Origin: Vulcanimicrobiota bacterium
GTDB taxonomy: Bacteria; Vulcanimicrobiota; Vulcanimicrobiia; Vulcanimicrobiales; Vulcanimicrobiaceae
Assembly (NCBI GenBank): GCA_963833095.1
Contig: CAWHWQ010000005.1
Coordinates: 544,001-608,000, forward strand
Length of the DNA stretch: 64,000 nt
Direction: 5' to 3'
Shown here: piece by piece, positions 1 through 9,094 of the stretch
Numbering within the stretch: the stretch's first letter is position 1
How the letters are laid out: each line of letters begins with the position of its first letter
Position numbers and translations under genes: made by a program
Notes under the pieces: model-generated
Database searches by the model: none
The model's input: the letters and a program-made list of their open reading frames with translations, nothing else
What the model was told of the DNA's origin: nothing

Positions 1-343
1 TGAGCGGTACCATCAATCCGCCCGCTCCTTCGGTGACGAGACCATTCTCGATGTGCGCAACCGCCTCAACCAGTTCGCTTGCATGGACTTCGGGTTGGCC
101 CGACGCAAGCGCAGCCGACCACGGGTCCGCCGCTTTCTCGAAGCGCGCAAGTTCGAGCGAACGCACCCCCGAAAGCTTAGCCGCGCGCGCGGCGTCACCG
201 GGGATGCCCGGCGCAAGCCCGGTCTGGACGAACTTTACGATCGTTGGCGTGATACCGGCGTTCTTGAGCGCAAGCGCGAGCGATGCGGTGACCCGCGTCT
301 TTCCGACGTCGGTGTCGGTACCGGTTACGAAGTAACGATGCAT
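1..343 (-). CDS. bioD: Dethiobiotin synthetase (partial, runs off left edge)
   Basis: Manual translation from ATG 343: MHRYFVTGTDTDVGKT...VTEGAGGLMVPL (BioD P-loop and EGAGG motifs); follows bioF. Confidence 0.95.
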   Translation of the reverse strand, partial: MHRYFVTGTDTDVGKTRVTASLALALKNAGITPTIVKFVQTGLAPGIPGDAARAAKLSGVRSLELARFEKAADPWSAALASGQPEVHASELVEAVAHIENGLVTEGAGGLMVPL

Positions 344-1425
344 CTTGCCAGTCCTTGTACCAGCAGGTCGATATGTTCCCGCTGATGATCGGCCCGCACC
401 GAAAGCCGTAGCCGCGAACTGCCCGGCGGAACCGTCGGCGGCCGGATCGCCGGCGCGTAGATTCTCATACTTTCGAGCTTGCGCGCGGCCTCGACCGCTC
501 GCTCCTCGCTTCCGAGAACGACCGGCACGATCGGCGAGGGATCGTCGATCGCCGGAAAGCCCAGCGAGCCCAGGCCATCGCGCAGGCGTCGAACATTATC
601 ATGCAGTTGTCCGCGCGCGGCATCGGCAGTGCGAATGAGCGCAAGCGCAACGCGCGACGCGAGCGCGAGCGCCGGAGGCATCGCCGTATCAAAAATAAAC
701 GGGCGCGCCCGGTTGACGAGCAAGTCGATCAGCGTTGCAGGCCCGGCAATGAAGCCGCCCTGCGCGCCGAACGCTTTCGAAAGCGTGCCCATCACGACGA
801 CTCGCGGATCGGCGAACGCTCGCGCCCGGCCGGCTCCGCCGGGACCCGTAACGCCGAGGGCGTGCGCTTCGTCGATCAAGAGCACGTCGTCATCGCCGAG
901 GTCGGCAACCATGCTCTCGAGATCGACCGCGTCGCCGTCCATGCCGAAGATCGACTCGGTAACGATCAACGCATTGCTGCGGCGCTGAGCTCGCGGCGGA
1001 AGTGCGGCGTGGTCGTAGACGATTCGCTCGATGCGCGTAGCGCGAATCCCGTCGATCAAAGAAGCATGATTCAAGCGGTCGGAATAGATCCGCTCGACCG
1101 TGTGCGCAAGTACTGCGATCGCGCCGAGCGCGGCGTGGTAGCCGGAAGAAAAAAGCAGTACGCGTTCGCGACCGAGCCAGGCCGCCAGTTCTTCTTCGAG
1201 CAGCGAATGCTCGCGATGACTTCCGCCTAAGAGGCGCGCGCCTCCCGAGCCCACGCGCGTCGCGCGGCGAAACGCCTCGACGACCTGTGGATTCGTCGCG
1301 AGCGCCAGATAGTCGTTCGATGAAAAGTCAAGCGCGCCGGCCAAGCTGTGCGTGCGCACCTCCCGGTACCGCCCCTGCGCTCGAATCTCATCCAGCAACA
1401 CCGCGGCGCGGTCCAAATACGTCAA
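325..1425 (-). CDS. bioF: 8-amino-7-oxononanoate synthase
   Basis: FSSNDYLAL, SDRLNHASLIDG, DEAHALG, GTLSKAFG, AIRPPTVP motifs; bio operon context. Confidence 0.95.
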   Translation of the reverse strand: MTYLDRAAVLLDEIRAQGRYREVRTHSLAGALDFSSNDYLALATNPQVVEAFRRATRVGSGGARLLGGSHREHSLLEEELAAWLGRERVLLFSSGYHAALGAIAVLAHTVERIYSDRLNHASLIDGIRATRIERIVYDHAALPPRAQRRSNALIVTESIFGMDGDAVDLESMVADLGDDDVLLIDEAHALGVTGPGGAGRARAFADPRVVVMGTLSKAFGAQGGFIAGPATLIDLLVNRARPFIFDTAMPPALALASRVALALIRTADAARGQLHDNVRRLRDGLGSLGFPAIDDPSPIVPVVLGSEERAVEAARKLESMRIYAPAIRPPTVPPGSSRLRLSVRADHQREHIDLLVQGLARCIVTS

Positions 1426-2618
1426 TGCGTGCGCTCCAGCGCTTCTCCAAACGCATCGAAAAAGTCGTGGATCTCACCGTCGCTCGACGAGAGGGGCGGC
1501 ACGAGTTGCACGACCGCGCCGATCGGCCGAGTGAAATGGCCCAAGTCGTAGAGCGCGCTTGTGACGGGCCACGCGCGAGCCGCATCGTGCAACTCGATTC
1601 CGAGCATCGTGCCCACTTGTCGAATCTCTCGAATCGCCGGATTCGCCCCGAGAACGGCCGCGCGTTCGGCAGCGACGCGCTCGATGCTTCCCGCCCGTTC
1701 GAACGTGCCTTCGGCAGCAAAGAGTTCGAGTGATGCAAGCGCGGCAGCGCACGCAATCGGGTTTCCGGCGAACGAATGTCCGTGGAAAAACTGTTTCTGT
1801 TCTTCGGGCGCACCTAGAAAGGCTTGATAGACGCGCTCTCGTGCTAGAACGGCCGAGAGCGCGAGCACCCCGCCGGTGATCCCTTTCCCGAGACAGATCA
1901 GATCGGGCCGAAGGTCGAGCTGTTCGTACGCGAACATCGTCCCCGTGCGTCCGAACCCGGTCGCGATCTCGTCCACGATGACCAGCGGCGCGCAGTCACG
2001 CAGCGGTAAATACTGCTCGAGCGGCACCAACCGCATACCGGCCGCAGCTTGAACGATCGGTTCGACGATGACGGCGGCAATATCGTCGGCATCGAGGTCG
2101 CCGGAACGCTCGTAGGTTTTGGTTTCGAACGTGATCGCTCGGTAGTGCGACTTGAAGACTGCGATGCCCGAAACGCTCATGGCTGCGGCGGTATCGCCGT
2201 GATAGGCGTCCACGAGGCGTAAAAACCGGGTGCGCCGGGGCTCGCCCACGTGCTGCCAATAGTGCAGAGCCATTTTAATACTCGCCTCAACCGCGCTTGC
2301 ACCATCGCTTGCAAAGAAGGCGTAGTCGGTCTCACAGTATTCGCACAGCGCTTGCGCGAGCGCCTCGGCCGGAAGATTGGTCGCTCCCAGCGTCGTTGCA
2401 TGATCGAGCGTCGCCGCCTGAAGCGCAATCGCGTCGACGATCGCCGGATGCGAATGTCCATGAATGATGGTCCAGATCGAACTGACCGCGTCGAAGACCC
2501 GCCGCCCGCGTGCGTCGAACAGGCTCGTGCCGTCGCCACGGACGAACGTTCGCGCGCTCGCGTCGAAGGACTGCATCTGGGTGAACGGAAGCCAGAGGTG
2601 GGACACCGCTTGAATCAT
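1422..2618 (-). CDS. bioA: Adenosylmethionine-8-amino-7-oxononanoate aminotransferase
   Basis: HLWLPFTQM, DEIATGFGRTG, LGKGITGG, FFHGHSFAGNP motifs. Confidence 0.95.
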   Translation of the reverse strand: MIQAVSHLWLPFTQMQSFDASARTFVRGDGTSLFDARGRRVFDAVSSIWTIIHGHSHPAIVDAIALQAATLDHATTLGATNLPAEALAQALCEYCETDYAFFASDGASAVEASIKMALHYWQHVGEPRRTRFLRLVDAYHGDTAAAMSVSGIAVFKSHYRAITFETKTYERSGDLDADDIAAVIVEPIVQAAAGMRLVPLEQYLPLRDCAPLVIVDEIATGFGRTGTMFAYEQLDLRPDLICLGKGITGGVLALSAVLARERVYQAFLGAPEEQKQFFHGHSFAGNPIACAAALASLELFAAEGTFERAGSIERVAAERAAVLGANPAIREIRQVGTMLGIELHDAARAWPVTSALYDLGHFTRPIGAVVQLVPPLSSSDGEIHDFFDAFGEALERTH

Positions 2619-2636
2619 GGATCAAACGAGCTTCGC

Positions 2637-4130
2637 GTGGAAGCGCCGGTAATCATCGTCGGTGGAGGGCCGGTTGGGCTTGCCCTCGCGCTGGGCCTTG
2701 CGCGCTACGGCGCGCGATCGATCGTCCTCGAGCGCAACGTCGAACCCGTCAAGGAGTCGCGCGCTGCCGTGATCTGGCCGCGCACGCAGGAGATCCTGCG
2801 CGATTGGGGAGCCTACGGCCCGCTGCGCGAAGCCGGCCGGTTCGCTCGGGTGCTGCGCGGCGTCAATGCCCGCACGCAAGCCACGTTCGTCACGATCGAT
2901 TTTTCCTCGATCGATGACGTCTTCGATGACCCAGGCGCGCTGATGCTGCCGCAAAGCCACACCGAGCGCATTCTACGCGATCTCGTGAGTTCGAACGCTT
3001 TCTGCGAGCTCCGCACGGGAATCACCGTTACCGGCCTTTCGCAAGAACCCGACGGTGTCGAGGTTCTTTTCGAAAACTCGAACGGACCGGGCCGCCTGCA
3101 CGCAGCTTTTGTCGTCGGATGCGACGGCGCACACGGTGTCGTGCGAACGGCGATCGGCCTCACGTTGCAAGGCATGACGTATGATACGCGCGTCGTGCTC
3201 AGTGACGAAACCGTCGATGCCGACATCCCAGCCGAGGTCACCGCCCGCGTGCGTTTTGACCTGCCGGGGCTTCGCGGCGCGATCCGATTCGGCGACCGCT
3301 CGTGGCGCGTGATGGCGTCGGTTCCCAAGGAGCTTAGCGACGAGGATGCGCTTTCGCTGCTTGCTCATCGCGCGCGCGTGCGCGATCTCTTCGGCGACGC
3401 GCAGTTTGAAACGCAATGGAGCAGCCTGTTCAAGATTCATCGTCGTCATGCGCAACGCTTCGTTGTTGGCCGGGTGATGCTCGCGGGCGACGCGGCGCAC
3501 CTCAACAGTCCGGCCGGCGGCCAGGGCATGAACGCGGGAATTCAAGATGCCGGGAATCTCGCGTGGAAACTCGCGTTTGCCGTGCGCAGCGAGGGTTGCG
3601 CCGAGCCGCTCCTTGCCAGTTATGACCCCGAACGGCGCGAGATCATTACCGATACGGTTGAACGAGTAACGGATCGCATTACTCGCTTCGGCATTACCTT
3701 TCCGACGCGCGCTCGCCAGTTCGTGATGCGCACGTTCGCGCGCGCGATCCGCGGCCGCGGAATGCAGCGCAAACTTTGCCGCGGCATCGGCATGCTCAAC
3801 GGCCGCTATAGTACCTCGCCGATCATCGACAACCGCCATCCCCTAGCCGGACGGCGCATCGACGATCTCCGTCTCTCCGACGGATCGCGGATCAACCTAC
3901 GCCGGGCAGGTGAAGCGATTTTGATCGTTGCCGGCGATTTTGCGTTGGGCTTGCCGCATGTACGGGTCGAGATGCCGCCGAAACGATGGCACGTGAAACC
4001 GCCGGTAGTCCTCATCGTGCGCCCGGACGGCTGCGTTGCGTCGGTAATCGAGAAGCCCAACCGCGCGCGCGTCGAAGCGGCTTGGCGGCGTGCCTTCTGC
4101 GGCGCGATCCCGCTGCCGGTCTTGGCCTAG
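2637..4130 (+). CDS. FAD-dependent monooxygenase (PheA/TfdB-like)
   Basis: IIVGGGPVG, VVGCDGAHG, LAGDAAH...GGQGMNAGIQDA, C-terminal VRPDG; GTG start chosen just before the Rossmann motif. Confidence 0.85.
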   Translation: MEAPVIIVGGGPVGLALALGLARYGARSIVLERNVEPVKESRAAVIWPRTQEILRDWGAYGPLREAGRFARVLRGVNARTQATFVTIDFSSIDDVFDDPGALMLPQSHTERILRDLVSSNAFCELRTGITVTGLSQEPDGVEVLFENSNGPGRLHAAFVVGCDGAHGVVRTAIGLTLQGMTYDTRVVLSDETVDADIPAEVTARVRFDLPGLRGAIRFGDRSWRVMASVPKELSDEDALSLLAHRARVRDLFGDAQFETQWSSLFKIHRRHAQRFVVGRVMLAGDAAHLNSPAGGQGMNAGIQDAGNLAWKLAFAVRSEGCAEPLLASYDPERREIITDTVERVTDRITRFGITFPTRARQFVMRTFARAIRGRGMQRKLCRGIGMLNGRYSTSPIIDNRHPLAGRRIDDLRLSDGSRINLRRAGEAILIVAGDFALGLPHVRVEMPPKRWHVKPPVVLIVRPDGCVASVIEKPNRARVEAAWRRAFCGAIPLPVLA

Positions 4131-5389
4131 TGTCACTACCGGCGAACAGCATCCGCGGCGCGGTCGCGCGCATTTCGGTGGGCGGCTGGTTCGAGCTTTA
4201 CGACCTGTTCATGACGGCCTACATCTCGCTCGGTTTGATTCGCGCGGGATTGTTCAGCGCTACCTCGCCTTCGCCATTCGCCTTCGCCGGATTTGCCAGT
4301 TTCATCTCCTGCGGTTTTGCCGGAATGTTCTTCGGCACACTGATCTTTGCCGGTATCTCCGACCGCTTCGGCCGCAAGGCGGCGTTTACGTATTCGCTGG
4401 TGTGGTATTCGATCTGCACGCTGGTGATGGCGTTTATGCCGAGCGGGCCCGCGATCGACTTTTGGCGCTTCCTTGCGGGCCTAGGCATCGGCGTGCAATT
4501 GGTAACCTCTGACGCGTATGTTTCCGAAATCGTCCCAAAAGAGCAGCGCGGGCGCTGGATCGCCTTCACACAGGTGATCGGCTACTCGGCCATCCCGGCT
4601 GCCGCGCTCTTCGCGTACTTGCTGGTGCCGCACACCTTCGCAGGGATCGACGGCTGGCGCTTCGTCGCGTTAATCGGTTCGCTTGGCGGCGTCGTGATCT
4701 GGTTCGTGCGCCCCGGATTGCCCGACTCCGCGCGTTGGCAAGCGGCACGCAACGAGCAAGCCGCGACGGGCCCGATCTTCACACTGAAAACGATCTTCGA
4801 TGCCACCTACCGCAAACGAACCATCATGCTCATCATCTTCAACCTGCTGCAGGCGATCGGCTTTTACGGCTTTGCTTCATGGGTTCCGATTTTTCTGGCT
4901 AAGCAAGGCGTCGAATTCACCCACTCGCTGCAATATTCGTTTTTGATAGCTATCGTCAATCCACTGGGCCCGTTGCTCGCGATGTACTTCGCCGATCGCA
5001 TTCAGAGAAAATGGCAGATCGTCGTGCTCGCGCTCATCGTCGCAGCCGCCGGCCTCGGTTTTGCCCAAGTTCGCACAGCGGTTCCCATCGTCTTCTTCGG
5101 CATCGTGGTAACGCTCGCCAATGCCTGGTTCTCCGCGACCTATCACTCGTATCAAGCCGAACTGTTTCCAACGCGCATCCGCGGACAGGCGGTGGGCTTC
5201 GTGTACTCTTGGAGCCGCTTTAGTTCGATCTTCGTGCCATTCGTGATCGCTGCCGTGCTGCGCACTCAGGGAACGCTCGGCGTGTTTCTGCTGATCGGCT
5301 CGGCGATGCTGATCGTCGCACTCGACATCAGCGTGCTCGGCCCGAACACGAATGGCCGAGACCTCGACGAACTCTCGCCGCTGAAATGA
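4130..5389 (+). CDS. MFS transporter
   Basis: Multiple TM helices, ISDRFGRK, ELFPTRIRG motifs; GTG overlaps upstream stop. Confidence 0.9.
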   Translation: MSLPANSIRGAVARISVGGWFELYDLFMTAYISLGLIRAGLFSATSPSPFAFAGFASFISCGFAGMFFGTLIFAGISDRFGRKAAFTYSLVWYSICTLVMAFMPSGPAIDFWRFLAGLGIGVQLVTSDAYVSEIVPKEQRGRWIAFTQVIGYSAIPAAALFAYLLVPHTFAGIDGWRFVALIGSLGGVVIWFVRPGLPDSARWQAARNEQAATGPIFTLKTIFDATYRKRTIMLIIFNLLQAIGFYGFASWVPIFLAKQGVEFTHSLQYSFLIAIVNPLGPLLAMYFADRIQRKWQIVVLALIVAAAGLGFAQVRTAVPIVFFGIVVTLANAWFSATYHSYQAELFPTRIRGQAVGFVYSWSRFSSIFVPFVIAAVLRTQGTLGVFLLIGSAMLIVALDISVLGPNTNGRDLDELSPLK

Positions 5390-6014
5390 CGGCACTGGTC
5401 ATCGTCGGTTGCGTGTGCATCCTCGGCGGAGCGTTTGGGATCCTGATGAATTTTCGCATGAGGGCGTCGCGCCCGAATCCCGTCTTTGCCTTTGGGAACG
5501 TGCTCTTCTTCATCGGCCCGATCGTGCTCGGCATTCGCTCGATCGCGCACTCGATGAAGGACATCGAGTACTTCGCCTTCGGCTTCGCCGCCGTGGGTCT
5601 GGTCGTTATGAGTATCGGTCTCGTGCTGGGCCGTCGCCGCAATCGCATGTAGGCACGGCGATAGAGCCCGTAGCCGAAGAAGGCGACCACCGCGCAGAAT
5701 CCCGCCAACACTTCCGGGATAGACGACTGCATAACCACGCACAGGAAGTATGCTATGGGACCCAGCGCGAGGAGCACGAGTGCGAAGAACAGGGGAAACG
5801 CGATTCTGCGCTTGCGTAGCGCCCAGGCGGCGATCGCCGCAACCATCGGCGGAAGAACTAACGTCGCGCCCAAATCGAGAAAAAACCTCCCGAAGGCCGC
5901 TCCTTCGGGATTGCTTTCGGGCACTGGAGCATTCACCAGCCAGATGAATGCGCTCCAGAGCAGTAGCGGGAGGAATAAAAGCGCATAAGGCGCGACGCGT
6001 CCGATAGCTTTCAT
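5328..6014 (-). CDS. Hypothetical membrane protein (about 4 TM in first ~120 aa; C-terminal part antisense to neighbour)
   Basis: MKAIGRVAPYALLFLPLLLW... hydrophobic helices; true 3' end uncertain. Confidence 0.5.
   Translation of the reverse strand: MKAIGRVAPYALLFLPLLLWSAFIWLVNAPVPESNPEGAAFGRFFLDLGATLVLPPMVAAIAAWALRKRRIAFPLFFALVLLALGPIAYFLCVVMQSSIPEVLAGFCAVVAFFGYGLYRRAYMRLRRRPSTRPILITTRPTAAKPKAKYSMSFIECAIERMPSTIGPMKKSTFPKAKTGFGRDALMRKFIRIPNAPPRMHTQPTMTSAVISAARVRRGLGHSCSGRAR
5386..5652 (+). CDS. Small membrane protein (about 3 TM)
   Basis: ATGA overlap with MFS stop; hydrophobic segments. Confidence 0.6.
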   Translation: MTALVIVGCVCILGGAFGILMNFRMRASRPNPVFAFGNVLFFIGPIVLGIRSIAHSMKDIEYFAFGFAAVGLVVMSIGLVLGRRRNRM

Positions 6015-6067
6015 AGGAAAAGCATAGCGGGCCGGACTGCGGCAAGCGTCCGTAGTTCTACGGAACG

Positions 6068-6598
6068 TTAGGCTTCGACGCGTTCGTCGATCGAGACGTT
6101 GTAGAGGAAGAGGAACTTGCCCCATTCGCCCGGCAGCGTGTTGCGCTTGATCTGAATCCACGGGATGTACTTGGGCTGACGCGGTTTGCGCTTGAGCGTC
6201 ATGTTCGCTTCATCCGGCGTGCGGTTGTTCTTACGGTTATTGCAACGCATGCACGCGCAGACCAAGTTTTCCCAGGTTGACGGGCCGCCCCGGCTGCGCG
6301 GCACGACGTGATCGACGGTCATCAGCTTCTCGCCGCGAATCCCGCAGTACTGGCAAGCGTGATCGTCGCGAATGAGCACGTTCTTCTTCGTGAGCGCCAC
6401 TTTTTGCATCGGACGGCGAATGTAGTAGAGCATCCGGATGATCGACGGCATGCGCATCTCGTAGCGCGTCGACGCCAGCACGCGGTCGCGATTATGAACG
6501 ATCTCGGCTTTGCCCGCGAAGAGCAACTTCACGGCTCGCTGGAAGCTCGTGATGTTCAAGGCTTCGTAGGTGAAATTCAAAACGAGAACATCACTCAC
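6068..6598 (-). CDS. HNH endonuclease (McrA-like)
   Basis: VLVLN..YE, RDDHACQYCG, TVDHVVPRSRGG..WENLVCAC..CN..K. Confidence 0.9.
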   Translation of the reverse strand: MSDVLVLNFTYEALNITSFQRAVKLLFAGKAEIVHNRDRVLASTRYEMRMPSIIRMLYYIRRPMQKVALTKKNVLIRDDHACQYCGIRGEKLMTVDHVVPRSRGGPSTWENLVCACMRCNNRKNNRTPDEANMTLKRKPRQPKYIPWIQIKRNTLPGEWGKFLFLYNVSIDERVEA

Positions 6599-6602
6599 AA
6601 TG

Positions 6603-6697
6603 TCATGCTCCCTGAACGTTTCTCGTTAGGCGCAAGGAGGGAAGCGTGAGGTACGTGACCGACGCAGCAACGACACGAGAGACCTTCAGAAGCATGA
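6603..6697. repeat. Palindromic intergenic element with conserved loop core
   Basis: Arms tcatgct..ctgaa.gtttctcgt / acgagagac.ttcag.agcatga; loop aggcgcaaggaggga...gtgaccgacgcagcaacg matches reverse complement of 14619-14677. Confidence 0.7.
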
Positions 6698-6708
6698 AAG
6701 CGAGGCAT

Positions 6709-6996
6709 TCACATGCCTCGCTTTCTTACGAACGTCAGTCGAGTTTCGGTCAGCATCTGAGTTATTGCTAACCTTTCGTCGGGCCGCAACCTTTCTTTGA
6801 CGCGTTCGAAGGCCACGCTTGCAACCTCGATTGCTGCATCGGCCGATCGAAAGTCCGGTTCCTTGCCCTGTTCGTCAGCGAGATAGGCGTGCGCCGCCAG
6901 CGCGAGCGTTGCGATCACTTCGGTCAGCAACGGCTCGAGCGGTGGGATCTGCCCCTGAAATCCGGACGCGCCGGACTCTGCCGCTTGCGAACTCAT
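6709..6996 (-). CDS. Hypothetical helical protein (possibly DUF1844-like)
   Basis: 95-aa ORF directly downstream of pdxT, same strand. Confidence 0.6.
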   Translation of the reverse strand: MSSQAAESGASGFQGQIPPLEPLLTEVIATLALAAHAYLADEQGKEPDFRSADAAIEVASVAFERVKERLRPDERLAITQMLTETRLTFVRKRGM

Positions 6997-7007
6997 TGAG
7001 GGAGAGG

Positions 7008-7631
7008 TTACGCGGCGGAGGAAGCCTTCCCTTGCGCGCGCGCCTCTTCGATCATCCCCAGAAAGTACGCGTGGACCCGCGGATCATGGGTCAACTCGGG
7101 GTGAAAGGACGTTCCGAGCACGTTGTCCGCGCGGACCATAACACCGTGCCCGTCACGCGAGGCAAGCAACTCGACGCCGGCGCCGACGCGCTCGATCCAC
7201 GGAGCGCGAATGAAGATCGCGGGAAACGGTTTGCTGCCCAGCGCGGGGATCGACAGCTCGACTTCGGCCGATTCGTTCTGGCGGCCAAACGCATTTCGCT
7301 GCACGGTGATATCGATGAGGTCGAGGGTAGGCTGTTCGAGACCGGAGACATCGTGCGCGGCAACGATCATCCCCATACAGGTTCCCCACAGCGGCATGCC
7401 GTCGCGCACGCGTGCCACGATTGGTTCGGAGAGCGCGAAGCGGTCGAGCAACTTCATGACGGTCGTCGACTCGCCGCCCGGAATCACCAGGCCCTCAACA
7501 CGCTCGAGATCCCCGACGGTTTTTACCGGGATTGCGTCGGCCCCGGCGCGCTGCAACGCCGTGACGTGTTCGACCACGTCACCCTGGAGCGCCAGCACCC
7601 CTACGAGGGGATTTTTCTTCTCAACACTCAT
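7008..7631 (-). CDS. pdxT: PLP synthase glutaminase subunit
   Basis: GVLALQG, IPGGESTT, GTCMG, RNAFGRQ, FIRAP, SFHPEL. Confidence 0.97.
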   Translation of the reverse strand: MSVEKKNPLVGVLALQGDVVEHVTALQRAGADAIPVKTVGDLERVEGLVIPGGESTTVMKLLDRFALSEPIVARVRDGMPLWGTCMGMIVAAHDVSGLEQPTLDLIDITVQRNAFGRQNESAEVELSIPALGSKPFPAIFIRAPWIERVGAGVELLASRDGHGVMVRADNVLGTSFHPELTHDPRVHAYFLGMIEEARAQGKASSAA

Positions 7632-7698
7632 CATTGTTAAAGGGGACCGTTCGGGGACCGAAGGCGCCCGAACGTGACGGATTCAGCAACGCTGAATC

Positions 7699-8595
7699 CT
7701 AGTTTCCACGCGTTGCGAGCAACTCCGATTCATCGAGCTTACGCACGTCGATGCCGGGCATCGCGTCGGCGGTTCCGAGCGAGCGGCATGCTTCGGCGAC
7801 GACTTTCGGATCGGTGTAATGCGTGGTCGCGTCGACGATCGCGCGCGCAAAACGCTTGGGGTCCTTGGACTTAAAGATACCGCTTCCAACGAAGATGCCT
7901 TCGGCGCCGAGTTGCATCATCAGCGCGGCATCGGCCGGCGTTGAAACACCACCGGCGCAGAACAGCACGACCGGAAGTTTCCCCGCTTGCGCGACCTCCC
8001 TGACCAATTCGTAGCTGGCGCCGATGTCGCGCGCGCGCGCAACGAGTTCTTCTTTGGGAGCCACCGACAGTTGCGAGATCATGTCTTTGATCGCGCGAAT
8101 GTGGCGCACAGCCTCGACGATATTGCCGCTGCCGGCTTCGCCCTTGCTGCGGATCATCGCCGCACCCTCGGTGATCCGGCGTAACGCCTCACCTAAGTCG
8201 CGCGCGCCGCAGACGAACGGCGTCGTGAACGCATGTTTGTCGACGTGATAGAGGTCGTCGGCCGGCGTGAGCACTTCGGACTCATCGATATAGTCGATGC
8301 CGATAGACTGAAGCACTTGCGCCTCGGCAAAGTGCCCGATGCGCACCTTGGCCATCACCGGAATCGTGACGGCATCCATGATGCCAGCGATCAGCTCGAT
8401 CGAACTCATGCGCGCAACACCGCCCATGGCGCGAATATCCGAGGGAATGCGCTCGAGCGCCATGACGGCGACTGCGCCGGCCTCTTGGGCCACGATGGCT
8501 TGCTCGGGTGTGACGACATCCATGATGACGCCGCCCTTGAGCATTTGGGCGAGCCCGCGTTTTACGGTGGCGGTGCCGGTCGACTTCTCATCCAT
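7699..8595 (-). CDS. pdxS: PLP synthase lyase subunit
   Basis: [35 protein letters not shown]. Confidence 0.98.
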   Translation of the reverse strand: MDEKSTGTATVKRGLAQMLKGGVIMDVVTPEQAIVAQEAGAVAVMALERIPSDIRAMGGVARMSSIELIAGIMDAVTIPVMAKVRIGHFAEAQVLQSIGIDYIDESEVLTPADDLYHVDKHAFTTPFVCGARDLGEALRRITEGAAMIRSKGEAGSGNIVEAVRHIRAIKDMISQLSVAPKEELVARARDIGASYELVREVAQAGKLPVVLFCAGGVSTPADAALMMQLGAEGIFVGSGIFKSKDPKRFARAIVDATTHYTDPKVVAEACRSLGTADAMPGIDVRKLDESELLATRGN

Positions 8596-8647
8596 ATCCC
8601 CATCGTATCAAGGAAAACCAATGGTGACATTAGCGACAAGTCGGAAC

Positions 8648-9094
8648 CTACCGCGTCCGAGGAGGCGTCACCGTCGGCTCGGGGCTCGGGCTTGCTTGGG
8701 TCGAGTCCTCCGAGAAGGTCGTCGAGGAGGGCGACGGGCTTGGGATCCGCGTCTGGTCCCAAATCGGTAGCTTCGGGTTCGGCGTCCAACTCGGGGTCGG
8801 CGAAGGCGAAGGCGGCTGAATCGGCGTCGGGACGGGTTTCGGCGGAACGCGCGGGTCGGGGAAGTGCGGATCGCCGGCTGCGGCGAGGGTCTGCGAACGC
8901 TTCCAATCCGCCCCGTACGGCCCGTCGGTCGGCTGCGGAACCGGGGTGATCAACGGCGTCTGGGTCAGGTTGTCGTTATCCGCCGCCTCGGTCATCACGC
9001 GATCTCCCATATGCTCGCCCAAAAGAATCGCAGCCAGAAGCACGACCACACCGGCCGCCAGGAGCATCGTCGCAAATCTCTTCGGGGGGCTCAT
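8648..9094 (-). CDS. Membrane-anchored Pro/Ser-rich hypothetical protein
   Basis: N-terminal TM/signal, PSPSPTP repeats; start overlaps upstream stop. Confidence 0.7.
   Translation of the reverse strand: MSPPKRFATMLLAAGVVVLLAAILLGEHMGDRVMTEAADNDNLTQTPLITPVPQPTDGPYGADWKRSQTLAAAGDPHFPDPRVPPKPVPTPIQPPSPSPTPSWTPNPKLPIWDQTRIPSPSPSSTTFSEDSTQASPSPEPTVTPPRTR

Noticed and set aside
7648..7699. Twin hairpins between pdxS and pdxT
   Set aside because: Short, no similarity to the other repeats; likely ordinary mRNA stability elements
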